This document shows positions 27,156-36,268 of a stretch of DNA of 39,215 nt, one piece after another. The DNA is from a virus (Duplodnaviria > Caudoviricetes). The notes under the pieces are model-generated. The model was not told the origin of the DNA and made no database searches. It was given only the letters and a program-made list of their open reading frames with translations. Position numbers and translations under genes: made by a program. The stretch covers positions 1 through 39,215 of the IMG/VR virus record IMGVR_UViG_3300025838_000072, one strand, 5' to 3'. Numbering within the stretch: the stretch's first letter is position 1; the number at the start of each line of letters is the position of its first letter.

Positions 27156-29147
27156 GAAAATGGTAAATCTATGTGATTTTCCATTTAATCTTATGACTTT
27201 ATTGGCTTCGACTTCACCATGGCTTAACAAAGCTTTACGAATATATTGAGCTTTTGCTCTAACTTCATGGCCCCAACGTTCGCATAGTACCTCCAAATGC
27301 GATGGTGTAAATGCTGCTATTCCATCAAGATTCTCAACTACCCAGTCGGCAAGTTCACTTGCAAAGGCTTCGATCGGACTCTTACTGGCTTGTATAGCAA
27401 CTTGTTTGTACTTAGTTTCTGGTGCTGGTTTGGCAGGATCAAAGTTACTGATGTCTCGGTTGTAGTACCAATTTAGCACAATCCCAAAGCCATTTTGCTG
27501 TCTTGCCCATTGCATCAGCTTTACAACTTTAGGGTGTGTCTCGGCATTGGTTAAAGTTTCAGGCTTAAAGATGGCTTCACGTCTTGCATTGTCACCCATT
27601 CTTGTGATGTAAGGCTTATTTGACGTAAAGATAAAGTTCATAAAATTCTCAATATTGTATTGAGCGCCATACTTGTTATTGATGGCAATTTCTTTGCCTG
27701 TGATCATGCTCTTTAACTGTGCTGAGTGATCCTCACGATCCGATGATGGCTCATTGATCACAATCAGAATCTTATTTTTAAAGATGCCATTGAAATTACC
27801 AAATAGCTCATCCGGTCCGATAATGATGGCTGGACCGTTTTCACCGAGACCTAGCATTTCGGCTATAAATTCAGCAACGGCTGACTTACCAATACCCTCA
27901 ACATTACTCACAAACTGTGGGGTTGTGTTATTTCTTTTGTGCGGAAACTGGACTATGTTAGCAACCCAGTCATGCCAATAATCAGCAAAAGACGGTTCAT
28001 CTCTAAAAAAGTACTTACAAAATTCCAAATACTCAGTTGGATCGCCCTCAATCGGATCATGAAGCCAATTTCCTAAATAGTTATAACAGCCGTCTGGTGT
28101 GATCTTTAAACCTTGGTATTGCGGAAAAACACCAACTTTCCTGATATCGCATCTTTTGCGCCACTTTTTATACTCTTCCATCAACACATATTCACGTGTC
28201 ACTACTTTTGGCGGTTGATTAGGTCTGGTCTGTACTTGTGTAGACTGCAAAAAGATATGCTGAGCACTATCTATCTTTGCCTTTTGGAAGCTCATGATAT
28301 GGCCATCATCGATACGAATCACATCGCCATTGTACAGCGCATACTTAGTGCTAAACTCATGAAGCCTAACATCCAAGCTGTCAACACCATTCATCACAAC
28401 TGACGTACTGGCTACCACATCGGACAAAGCCTTACCATCATTTAGATGATCATCAATTGCATACTTACTGCCTTTACCTGGGCCAAAGCGGCCGACGCGG
28501 CACAAATGCACTTCAGCACCAAGTCCACGTAGCACAATGGCTAGCTTAGTCTCGGCCAAAGCTACCTGCTCATTTGGCTCACCATCATCCTTGGCACCAT
28601 CATAGTCAAAAATGATATGCACTTTTCTATGTGTAACATTGAAATTAGTTTTCTTTTGCCATTGTATTTGCATCAAGTCTTTGTGCAATTGCAAGCCACG
28701 TTTATCGGTCCAACTAGTCACTCCAGCCAAGCCAACACATGCATAGTTCGAGCCCTCGGCTTTAACAGCCTTTGTGATTGCCCAAGCTTTGAATTCACCC
28801 TCTGTGATGATGATTGGTATATCAACATTTGAGATGACTTGCCGCCATTGTGTTGTTGGTGGAAAATAAATGTGACTGCCACTAGCCCTTGCTTGGCTGT
28901 ATTTCATCTTAGTGCGTGGCACTAAAAGCCTGACACGTGTAAAACCGGTGTCATTGCCATCGATATCAAAGTACGGTATTTTGACCGCCCATTCATGAGT
29001 GTGCCCTAAAAGGGACTTGGTCTCATCCTTATCAAGAAAAGTTAAACCTAAAGTTTTAATGTCATTATCGTCGAATTTTCGTGCATTTAAGAAGTCATGA
29101 TATAATTCTAATGGTTGTGTTGTATGAGACGAAAATCCCATTGACAT
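27048..29147 (-). CDS. Primase-helicase (DUF3854/TOPRIM-like domain plus DUF5906/SF3-like helicase)
   Basis: IIITEGEFKA and IIFDYD TOPRIM motifs, Walker A EGIGKS, VINE Walker B-like, IFTSN...DNARR. Confidence 0.85.
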   Translation of the reverse strand: MSMGFSSHTTQPLELYHDFLNARKFDDNDIKTLGLTFLDKDETKSLLGHTHEWAVKIPYFDIDGNDTGFTRVRLLVPRTKMKYSQARASGSHIYFPPTTQWRQVISNVDIPIIITEGEFKAWAITKAVKAEGSNYACVGLAGVTSWTDKRGLQLHKDLMQIQWQKKTNFNVTHRKVHIIFDYDGAKDDGEPNEQVALAETKLAIVLRGLGAEVHLCRVGRFGPGKGSKYAIDDHLNDGKALSDVVASTSVVMNGVDSLDVRLHEFSTKYALYNGDVIRIDDGHIMSFQKAKIDSAQHIFLQSTQVQTRPNQPPKVVTREYVLMEEYKKWRKRCDIRKVGVFPQYQGLKITPDGCYNYLGNWLHDPIEGDPTEYLEFCKYFFRDEPSFADYWHDWVANIVQFPHKRNNTTPQFVSNVEGIGKSAVAEFIAEMLGLGENGPAIIIGPDELFGNFNGIFKNKILIVINEPSSDREDHSAQLKSMITGKEIAINNKYGAQYNIENFMNFIFTSNKPYITRMGDNARREAIFKPETLTNAETHPKVVKLMQWARQQNGFGIVLNWYYNRDISNFDPAKPAPETKYKQVAIQASKSPIEAFASELADWVVENLDGIAAFTPSHLEVLCERWGHEVRAKAQYIRKALLSHGEVEANKVIRLNGKSHRFTIFKVTSSKAKLCNFQKHGDLSKLSENTDAAIKREIEL

Positions 29148-29172
29148 GATCGTTTCCTTTGCAGTTGTCTTT

Positions 29173-29205
29173 AAAGGCCCTAGTTGTGAGCTAGGGCCTT
29201 TTTTT
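29173..29205 (+). terminator. Perfect hairpin with T-tract on the plus strand, between DUF932 and primase genes
   Basis: AAAGGCCCTAG-TTGTGAG-CTAGGGCCTTT followed by TTTT. The minus strand gives only TTT after the GC stem. Confidence 0.7.
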
Positions 29206-29214
29206 CTATTATAT

Positions 29215-29217
29215 TTA
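29215..29217 (-). other. Stop codon of the DUF932 gene, about 10 nt from the hairpin
   Basis: TAA (tta on plus) ending the 29215-30195 ORF. Confidence 0.6.
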
Positions 29218-30195
29218 GACGGTGATCAAAGATTCAGCCAATGTGATGGCTTTTTCCTTAGTGCTAATTCCGTCCCCAAATAAAGCTCTGTCCATCCTAA
29301 CATCGGCTGTACGGCCGCGGTGGTGGTCAATGTACTCGGTAACAGAGTTAATCAAGCCCCATACAGTATTCTTGGCAGATTTTAGCTCACTGCCTCGGCC
29401 TTGCCCACTATATAGTGCCATTAACTTTTCGCTGATCTTTTTGCTAACTACTACATCACCATCTGTGGTTTCATAGGTTGACATAGTATCGCAAAACTGT
29501 TGTGCCTGTGCTTGTGTCACATGCGTGTCGCTCCAATGGCTGACACGTGATAGGAATGATGACCATGAAGTGCCGGCCAAACCAAGTTGTGCCTTAACTT
29601 GCTCATCATCAAACACTGATCTATGACTAACACGAACTACGTTCTTAGCTTTACCTGATTCAGCTTCATTCATTGCAAAACCAAGTGTGTTATTGCAAAC
29701 TACGCGAACTGATGTGAACATAGCTGTTGTTGCCATTGAGCCATCACAAGCTGTACCTAGCAATAAATAGCCTTTGATTGTATCATCCATGATCTTAGCT
29801 TCTTTACCCATGCTAGCCAAAGCCCAGTATTTACGACCACCGCGTAAGACACCGGCTGTTTCTAGCTCAAAGCCTGCCTTGGCAGTTAAATCCCTATAAA
29901 ACTCCAACACCTCTTTAGGTTGGACCACTTTATAACCATTGGACACAATTGCAAGTGAATCACCACTATCAGAGCGAACTAAAACTTTTTTGCCTGAAAC
30001 ACGGTAAATGTTTGAATCGGCTTTTGTACGATAAAGTGCAGGCACTTCATCAATTTGGAAATCCATGCCAGCGGCTGTTTGCCATTGCTCAATGGTCTGA
30101 CCGGCCTGCATTTGCTGACCTAGTTTGTGCCATGGTGTGTCGCCTTTATAGGCAATTGCTGAAAAACCCTTTGTGTTGTCGATTTCGTGAGCCAT
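29215..30195 (-). CDS. DUF932 family (TIGR03299-like) phage/plasmid protein
   Basis: MAHEID...PWHKLG, Y.VVQP, ETAGVLRGGR.YWAL, TSVRVVCNNTL and T.WGL.N.VTEY.DH motifs. Confidence 0.88.
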   Translation of the reverse strand: MAHEIDNTKGFSAIAYKGDTPWHKLGQQMQAGQTIEQWQTAAGMDFQIDEVPALYRTKADSNIYRVSGKKVLVRSDSGDSLAIVSNGYKVVQPKEVLEFYRDLTAKAGFELETAGVLRGGRKYWALASMGKEAKIMDDTIKGYLLLGTACDGSMATTAMFTSVRVVCNNTLGFAMNEAESGKAKNVVRVSHRSVFDDEQVKAQLGLAGTSWSSFLSRVSHWSDTHVTQAQAQQFCDTMSTYETTDGDVVVSKKISEKLMALYSGQGRGSELKSAKNTVWGLINSVTEYIDHHRGRTADVRMDRALFGDGISTKEKAITLAESLITV

Positions 30196-30310
30196 GATGT
30201 TAATCCTTTTATATTCAGAAAGTTAAGAAATTTAAGTTTGTGTGTTTCCACATGTCACATTATACTAGGATTTTTAAAAGTAAACATCTTTTTTAAAAAT
30301 ATTTTCAAAT
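30196..30310 (-). promoter_or_regulatory. Leftward sigma70-type promoter with U-rich leader
   Basis: AT-rich UP-like tract, GTTTAC (30285-30280), 15 nt, TATAAT (30264-30259), leader TTCTTAACTTTCT, AAAGGA RBS. Confidence 0.7.
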
Positions 30311-30325
30311 TTATTTATAAAATTA

Positions 30326-30355
30326 TGTACTCAAATTAAAAATATAGTGTACAAT
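30326..30355 (+). promoter_or_regulatory. Possible rightward sigma70-type promoter
   Basis: TGTACT, 18 nt, TACAAT in the divergent AT-rich region. Confidence 0.4.
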
Positions 30356-30463
30356 GCAATCATGCTAACAAAAGCATCCTTATTTTTAAATGGTTTGAAA
30401 ATAAAGGTATTACATTTAAACAATTGTGAAAACACAAGTAAACAAGCAAAGGAAAACATCAAG

Positions 30464-30832
30464 ATGTCATATCTTACACACAATGAAATAAGCGTAAATA
30501 GAAATGGTACTAGTCTAAAAGGCTATATTGAGTGTGACTACTATTTATTAGTGACCTTATTTGGTCAGCCTTTTAATGGTGACACCACTAAATCAGATGC
30601 TGAGTGGCTAGTTAAATTTGATGATGGTGTGGTAGCATCCATTTATAACTACAAAGACGGTTATAACTATTGCGGTCATGCCGGTACACCAACCGAAAAA
30701 ATTAAAACTTGGCATGTAGGTGGCTTTAGTGATACTGCCGTCTATCATGTACAGCATGCAATTGATGAATACGTTCTGGATTGCTTAGAAAGCACATACA
30801 ACAGCAATCATTCTATGTTTGAGGAGGCATAA
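30464..30832 (+). CDS. Hypothetical early protein
   Basis: ATG 30464 after AAGGA is preferred over GTG 30347. GTSLKGYI...FG.P..GD..K.DAEW...IYN.K...W.VGG. Confidence 0.7.
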   Translation: MSYLTHNEISVNRNGTSLKGYIECDYYLLVTLFGQPFNGDTTKSDAEWLVKFDDGVVASIYNYKDGYNYCGHAGTPTEKIKTWHVGGFSDTAVYHVQHAIDEYVLDCLESTYNSNHSMFEEA

Positions 30833-30918
30833 TGAAACAAACAATCTTAGATCTGACTTTGGCCTTTGTCATCGGAGTCTCTTTGGCTCTATGTTTAGTA
30901 GCATGGTGGAGCGCATAA
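30832..30918 (+). CDS. 28-aa single-TM peptide
   Basis: MKQTILDLTLAFVIGVSLALCLVAWWSA. GAGGAGG RBS, TAATG overlaps at both ends. Confidence 0.6.
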   Translation: MKQTILDLTLAFVIGVSLALCLVAWWSA

Positions 30919-31205
30919 TGACCCCTTTATATTGGCACAAAAAACGAACCGCTGTTGACATGCCGCCAACAGCCGAGCTTTTAATGAACATCATAGTTAA
31001 GTATGACACAACTGAATTTTCAGTAATGGAATTGCTAAGCTATGCCGAAAACTTGAAGGTTGCATCATCTGCCACACTTCATAGATCCTATGATTGGTTA
31101 ATCAAAAATAAATTCATTAAAGCCTATCATCATGAAGGCAACCAACGAACTAAGTTTGTAATGCCATCAGAAAAAGCTAAAAGATATTTTGAGGTGACTA
31201 AATGA
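30918..31205 (+). CDS. Putative winged-helix DNA-binding protein
   Basis: ASSATLHRSYDWLIKNKFI....GNQRTKFV resembles a MarR-type wHTH. Start reassigned to the coupled ATG 30918. Confidence 0.55.
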   Translation: MTPLYWHKKRTAVDMPPTAELLMNIIVKYDTTEFSVMELLSYAENLKVASSATLHRSYDWLIKNKFIKAYHHEGNQRTKFVMPSEKAKRYFEVTK

Positions 31206-31369
31206 AAACAATTCAAGAAATTAAAGATGAGCTGAATGAGCTATATGGTGCAACCATGGCATTATCACATGCCTTATCAACTATTCATGATCAGCAAATG
31301 GAAAAAACAAAGCAAATGTTCGCATTAAACCAACTGTTAAGAGAAATGCAGGAGAAAAGAGATGATTAA
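31202..31369 (+). CDS. Small coiled-coil hypothetical protein (55 aa)
   Basis: GAGG RBS. MKTIQEIKDELNELYG...QLLREMQEKRDD. Confidence 0.6.
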   Translation: MKTIQEIKDELNELYGATMALSHALSTIHDQQMEKTKQMFALNQLLREMQEKRDD

Positions 31370-31529
31370 TGGCTACTATTATGATGAGGAAGAGGCTTAT
31401 CAATTGCGGATGCAAGAACAAGCATATAAGCAATATCAAAGACTTTTATGGGCACATCCTGATTGTAGGGATCCCGATCATCCTGGGTGCGAAGACTGTG
31501 AAGAGGACTGGATTGAAAATGACGAATAA
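31362..31529 (+). CDS. Small acidic protein with HPDCRDPDHPGCEDC metal-binding-like motif (55 aa)
   Basis: Manual translation, below the ORF-track length cut-off. AGGAG RBS. Confidence 0.65.
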   Translation: MINGYYYDEEEAYQLRMQEQAYKQYQRLLWAHPDCRDPDHPGCEDCEEDWIENDE

Positions 31530-31755
31530 ACTTAAAACACCCCCACTTGATTTTGTCTGGACACCGGCAGGCACTGATATTACCGAGCGTTGGCGTACGC
31601 ATCATGGTTGGATCCCGCCATCCGAGCTGCCTGAGTATCAGCGTAAATGGACGATCTATCAAGAACTGCCACTTCGAAAACTAACCGACGAAGCCAAGAA
31701 AGAGATTGAGCAATTGCTAACGGTCAACAAAGTAAAACGTTGGAAGGTTAAATGA
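31519..31755 (+). CDS. Hypothetical protein
   Basis: MTNKLKTPPLDFVWTPAGTDITERWR..GWIPPSE. Start reassigned from 31369 because that part overlaps the gene above. Confidence 0.6.
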   Translation: MTNKLKTPPLDFVWTPAGTDITERWRTHHGWIPPSELPEYQRKWTIYQELPLRKLTDEAKKEIEQLLTVNKVKRWKVK

Positions 31756-31934
31756 AATGTCCAAAATGTGGTACATGGTCTATTGTGCTAAGTACAAGAT
31801 CCACACAAAAGAACACATGTACACGAAGACGTGAATGTGCCAACATGCACCGATTTACAACAACTGAACTTCTTAAACTCGATTTGAAAGAAAACTATGT
31901 ACCAAAAAGTCAAACAATTCCGCCAAAAGCTTAA
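31752..31934 (+). CDS. NrdR N-terminal-like zinc ribbon protein
   Basis: MKCPKCG...V..TR......RRREC...HRFTT.E. Confidence 0.75.
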   Translation: MKCPKCGTWSIVLSTRSTQKNTCTRRRECANMHRFTTTELLKLDLKENYVPKSQTIPPKA

Positions 31935-32277
31935 CCTTCCTGTTTCAGATAGACCGCAATTGCTAAGATCGGCTGAAATCAGCTTTTATGCACGGTTCAT
32001 CATGGAGGAACTAAGCGAACTAATGCGAGCACATGAAAAGAACAACTTGGTGGATGCAGCTGATGCAATCACTGATCTAATCTATGTGGCCATGGGTTGT
32101 GCCCATCATATGGGTATGCCATTGGAAGACATCTTTGATATTGTACACAATGCCAATATGCAAAAGAAACCTGGGCAAACTAACCGAGGCGTGCAAACAG
32201 ATGCACTAAAACCTGAAGGTTGGGTACCACCTGAAAGAGAAATTGAACAAGTACTTGATGCACTAAAAATAATTTAA
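31897..32277 (+). CDS. MazG-like / PRA-PH nucleotide pyrophosphohydrolase
   Basis: EELSE...DAITDLIYVAMG...VHNANM.K...KPEGW.PP. Confidence 0.85.
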   Translation: MYQKVKQFRQKLNLPVSDRPQLLRSAEISFYARFIMEELSELMRAHEKNNLVDAADAITDLIYVAMGCAHHMGMPLEDIFDIVHNANMQKKPGQTNRGVQTDALKPEGWVPPEREIEQVLDALKII

Positions 32278-32377
32278 AAATATTTTAAAAATAGTGTTTA
32301 CTTTTCAAAAAGTACAGTATAATCCAATTGTTTACTTCGGTAAATAACTAAACTTCTTAACTTCTAAAAGGCTTAAT
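32271..32377 (+). promoter_or_regulatory. Rightward sigma70-type promoter, paralogue of the 30196-30310 element
   Basis: AAAATATTTTAAAAA, GTTTAC (32296-32301), 16 nt, TATAAT (32318-32323), leader TTCTTAACTTCT, AAAAGG RBS. Confidence 0.7.
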
Positions 32378-32878
32378 ATGAACATCTTTTTTCTACATCA
32401 TGTACCACAAATTGCGGCTTTGTATCATTGTGACAAGCATGTGGTAAAAATGGCAGTTGAAACGGCACAACTGTTAGCAACAGCACATCATCACTATGGC
32501 AATGGCGATAATGTGACATACAAACCAACACACAAAAATCATCCATCAGCAATATGGGCACGTGAATCAAGATTGCACTATGATTATTTAGTGGATCTTG
32601 GTATTGCCTTATGCAAAGAATATCGTCGTAGATATGACAACACTCATGCTTGCCACCAATTGTTTGTTGGTGAGTTAATGTATTGCCCTCCTGAAATGAA
32701 CAAACTGCCTTTGCTATGGCAAGACCCACCACAATGCATGCCTGATGAGTGCAAACGTGATAGTTCACTTGAAGGTTATCGTGAGTATTACCGCCATAAG
32801 CATACTATCATGGACATGGTTTGGTATAAAAATGATGGCTCATATACACCACCTTTTATGGAGTTAGAACATGCTTAA
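32378..32878 (+). CDS. Pyrimidine-dimer DNA glycosylase-like protein
   Basis: MNIF.L......A..HCDKHVVKM..E.AQLL, YK.TH.NHP..IW.R, EY..RY...H and PQCMP...YR.YY motifs. Confidence 0.75.
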   Translation: MNIFFLHHVPQIAALYHCDKHVVKMAVETAQLLATAHHHYGNGDNVTYKPTHKNHPSAIWARESRLHYDYLVDLGIALCKEYRRRYDNTHACHQLFVGELMYCPPEMNKLPLLWQDPPQCMPDECKRDSSLEGYREYYRHKHTIMDMVWYKNDGSYTPPFMELEHA

Positions 32879-33326
32879 TCAACAAAAATGGGATTTAAGA
32901 TACTTAACTCTTGCTAAACTAGTTGCATCTTGGTCTAAAGACCCATCCACTAAGTGTGGTGCTGTTATTGTTAATCCTAATAATGAGATTGTTAGCATTG
33001 GCTTTAATGGCTTTCCAAAAAGTGTAATTGATTCAGAAGAACGGCTTAACAATAGGCAAACCAAACTACAAATGATGGTGCATGCCGAGAGAAATGCACT
33101 TATCTTTGCAAAACAAGACTTGCACAAATGCACAATTTATACGTATCCTATGATGGCATGTAGTGAATGTGCAGCTATGATCATACAGGCAGGCATCAGC
33201 AGGCATGTGTCAATGATCACAACAAATAAAAACTGGAAAGAAAGCTTTGTATTGGCTAGTCAAATGTTTGATGAAGCCGGTGTTAATGTTGACATGTACT
33301 TACAAAATGAATTGGAGAATGTATGA
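32871..33326 (+). CDS. dCMP deaminase
   Basis: WSKDPST..GAVIV, GFNGFP, HAERNA and C..CA..IIQAGI motifs. Confidence 0.9.
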   Translation: MLNQQKWDLRYLTLAKLVASWSKDPSTKCGAVIVNPNNEIVSIGFNGFPKSVIDSEERLNNRQTKLQMMVHAERNALIFAKQDLHKCTIYTYPMMACSECAAMIIQAGISRHVSMITTNKNWKESFVLASQMFDEAGVNVDMYLQNELENV

Positions 33327-33697
33327 ATATCTCAGATCTAATCGACCAAATCGTAGATGTGAAAAGCCAACGCGAGGCTTTAACTAAAAAAGATAGTGAA
33401 CTATCTAAATTACAATCACAAATTGAAGCTGATCTTATGCATGCTATGACTGAGGCAGGTACTTTAAAAGCCGCCAATGAAGCTGGCCATAGTGTGACTA
33501 TGAAAAAATCAGTACATCCAACCATTATTGATTGGGATCAGTTTTATGCTTATGTGACACAAACAAATAGTTTTGACCTGTTGCATAAGCGGTTAAGTTC
33601 TACAGCATTTAAAGATCGCTGGGAAGCAGGTGAAGAGATACCCGGCTCTTCATCAGCAGAAGTTTGGGGTATTTCATTAACTAAATCACGTAAATAA
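33323..33697 (+). CDS. Conserved replication-module hypothetical protein
   Basis: N-terminal coiled coil, DWDQFY.Y.....FDLL.KR.S....D....G..IPG. Confidence 0.65.
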   Translation: MNISDLIDQIVDVKSQREALTKKDSELSKLQSQIEADLMHAMTEAGTLKAANEAGHSVTMKKSVHPTIIDWDQFYAYVTQTNSFDLLHKRLSSTAFKDRWEAGEEIPGSSSAEVWGISLTKSRK

Positions 33698-33708
33698 GAG
33701 GTTACATC

Positions 33709-34446
33709 ATGTCTAAAAATCAAATTGCTTTATTCGAATCCGAACTTGAAAAACTAGCTAGTGCTTCTTTGGAAGCCGAGCGTAGTGCAACTGGCATTAC
33801 ATTCCTTAGCACAAAAGGCGGTACTTTAACGTACAAAGATCAACCTATTTCAGGCAATGCTTTGAATGTTGTGATTCTTAGCTCACCTGTTGAGCGCTTG
33901 TATTACACAGCTAGATACGATCCTACAGATCCAGCTGGTCCAGTTTGTTTTGCACTTGGTCAATCAACGACAGGACTTAAACCTAATGCATTGTCCGAGC
34001 AAAAGCAAAGTGAAGCATGTATGGGTTGCCCTAAAGACCAATGGCGCAGTGCTACGAATGGTGGTAAAGGTAAAGCTTGTGCCGAGAAACGTAGGCTATT
34101 GATTATGACAGCAGATTCTATTGAATCAATTGACAGCATCAACATGGCTGAAGTTGCAGCATTAAGAACACCTGTTACATCGGTTAAGCCATTTGCTTTG
34201 TACTTGCAAAAGATTGCCAATGCCGTAAAACGACCATTGTCAGCTGTTGTGACTAAAATTAGTTTAGTTCCAGACCCTAAAACACAGTTTAGATTGGAAT
34301 TTGACTTTGTCAAAGCAATCGATGATATTGAGGTTGTAAAGGCGTTAATTGCAAGAGGCGAAAAAGAGCTTGCTAATGCTATTGAGACTGCAGGCGTTGG
34401 TGAAGAAGCAGGTGAAGAAGCTGCACCACAATCATCAAAGTACTAA
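33709..34446 (+). CDS. Putative ssDNA-binding protein
   Basis: Directly upstream of the DNA polymerase. Acidic C-terminal tail and C..C(x2)C..GKGKAC motif. The function is inferred. Confidence 0.45.
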   Translation: MSKNQIALFESELEKLASASLEAERSATGITFLSTKGGTLTYKDQPISGNALNVVILSSPVERLYYTARYDPTDPAGPVCFALGQSTTGLKPNALSEQKQSEACMGCPKDQWRSATNGGKGKACAEKRRLLIMTADSIESIDSINMAEVAALRTPVTSVKPFALYLQKIANAVKRPLSAVVTKISLVPDPKTQFRLEFDFVKAIDDIEVVKALIARGEKELANAIETAGVGEEAGEEAAPQSSKY

Positions 34447-34447
34447 T

Positions 34448-36268
34448 ATGACAGATCCAATCTTCTTAGACTTTGAGTCAGAAGCAATCGGCCCACGTCC
34501 TCACCAATATCCGCCTAAGCCAGCAGGTTTAGCTGTTTTGGATAGGACTGGGCAGTTTGAATCAGGCTATTTCTCATTTGCCCATGACTATAGCAATAAC
34601 ACTAGCTTTGAAGCTGTAAAACGACTGCTGATTCGCATTTGGGAAAGTGGTAGACATATTTGCTTTCATAATGCAATGTTCGATATGGCAATCATTATTG
34701 AGCATTTTCATTTACCTTTCCCACAGCCACCAAGAGTTCATGATACTTTAGTGCTTGCCTTTTTACATGACCCATATGCAAAGAGTTTGGCATTGAAAGA
34801 GCTATGTAAAGAATGGCTTGATGTACAACCGGAGGAGCGTGATGAACTATTTGATTGGCTTACATTGCACATACCTGAAGTTAAACGAAAGCCTAAGAGT
34901 GCAGGGGCTTATATTGCACGCGGACCAGCAGATCTTGTGGGAAAGTACGCTAGTGCTGATGTTCGATTAACTGCTGGGTTGTTTGACTTTACAAAGCAAG
35001 TACGCGACTCTATGCCAGAAGCCTATCTTCGTGAAATAGCTTTAATGCCAATGCTACTTGAGAACAGTATGCTAGGGGTTAGAGTTGACCGTGAAGGCAT
35101 GAAGGCTTGCTTGCATAAAGCAAATGCTGACATTGCCTTGTGTGAAAAGTGGCTGTATGAGTATTTTGGTGATGGCAACATCAACTTTAACTCTGGCGGT
35201 CAACTGGTTGCAGCAATTCAGCTCAATGGCTGTTATGACAAGACCAAAAAATGGCCTGAAAGTGACAAAGGTACACCATTATCCGACAAAGACACTTTAA
35301 AGGAAATGATAACCGATGAAACCTTATCATCAGTCCTACGGCATAGGGACGTGTTGGTTAAACTAACAGGAACCTATATTACCCCTTGGCTAGAACAATC
35401 TGAATCAACCGGAAGGATCTACACGGAATGGAACACGGTCAGAGGTGAAGCTGGCGGAACCAGAACTGGTCGGCTATCGGCAAAACCAACTTTACAGACC
35501 ATGCCGACACGTGGGCCAAAGACCCCATTGCCTACAGAACTGCAAGGCTTGGTTATACCTAAAGTCAGAACTTTTATCTTACCTGATGAAGGTCATATGA
35601 TGGCAGCTGCTGACTTTCAGGCACAAGAGTTAAGGTTGTTTGCACATTTTGAGGACGGTAAATTAGCTGAGCAATACAGACAAGACCCAATGGCTGACTT
35701 GCACACATTTGCATCCAACTTAATGTCACAAAGAGCTGGTAGACCGATCATCAGAGATTATGCCAAGACATTGTCATTTGGGATTTTGTATGGTGCAGGA
35801 CCTAGAAAGATCAGTGATATGCTTGGCATACCTTATGTAGAGGCCAAAGAATTGATTGACATTTATAAATCAGAGGTAGCTCCTGGGTTAGACAAAATCA
35901 ATAATGATTTGATGACTAGGTACAAAATGAGAGTACCATTTTCTACAATTGGTGGTAGACTTGTAAAAGGTGAACCTGCAAAGCTAATCAATGGTAAGTA
36001 TATGGAATTCGGATTTAAGTCATTAAACACTTTAATTCAAGGTTCAGGCGCTGATATGGCAAAGCAGGCAATGATTGACTATTATGCTATTGCTGAAGAT
36101 AGTCGATTGCTATTGTCATTGCATGATGAGTTAATTATCTCAGCAAAAGCGGATGTTGTGCAACGTGAAGCTGATAAGCTTGAAAAGTGCATGATTAATT
36201 CATTTAAGTTAGATGTGCCACTTATTGCAGAGTCTAAGATTGGCAATAATTTTGCAGAGGTTAAGTAA
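34448..36268 (+). CDS. polA: DNA polymerase family A with 3'-5' exonuclease
   Basis: Exonuclease motifs LDFE, HNAMFD and YASADV. TRTGRLS, motif A DFQAQELR, motif B RDYAKTLSFGILYG, IQGSGAD, motif C LHDEL. ATG 34448. Confidence 0.95.
   Translation: MTDPIFLDFESEAIGPRPHQYPPKPAGLAVLDRTGQFESGYFSFAHDYSNNTSFEAVKRLLIRIWESGRHICFHNAMFDMAIIIEHFHLPFPQPPRVHDTLVLAFLHDPYAKSLALKELCKEWLDVQPEERDELFDWLTLHIPEVKRKPKSAGAYIARGPADLVGKYASADVRLTAGLFDFTKQVRDSMPEAYLREIALMPMLLENSMLGVRVDREGMKACLHKANADIALCEKWLYEYFGDGNINFNSGGQLVAAIQLNGCYDKTKKWPESDKGTPLSDKDTLKEMITDETLSSVLRHRDVLVKLTGTYITPWLEQSESTGRIYTEWNTVRGEAGGTRTGRLSAKPTLQTMPTRGPKTPLPTELQGLVIPKVRTFILPDEGHMMAAADFQAQELRLFAHFEDGKLAEQYRQDPMADLHTFASNLMSQRAGRPIIRDYAKTLSFGILYGAGPRKISDMLGIPYVEAKELIDIYKSEVAPGLDKINNDLMTRYKMRVPFSTIGGRLVKGEPAKLINGKYMEFGFKSLNTLIQGSGADMAKQAMIDYYAIAEDSRLLLSLHDELIISAKADVVQREADKLEKCMINSFKLDVPLIAESKIGNNFAEVK

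Noticed and set aside
30347-31518. ORF-track starts at 30347, 30819 and 31369
   Set aside because: The extensions overlap a promoter region or better-supported small genes. Coupled or RBS-supported ATGs at 30464, 30918 and 31519 are preferred.
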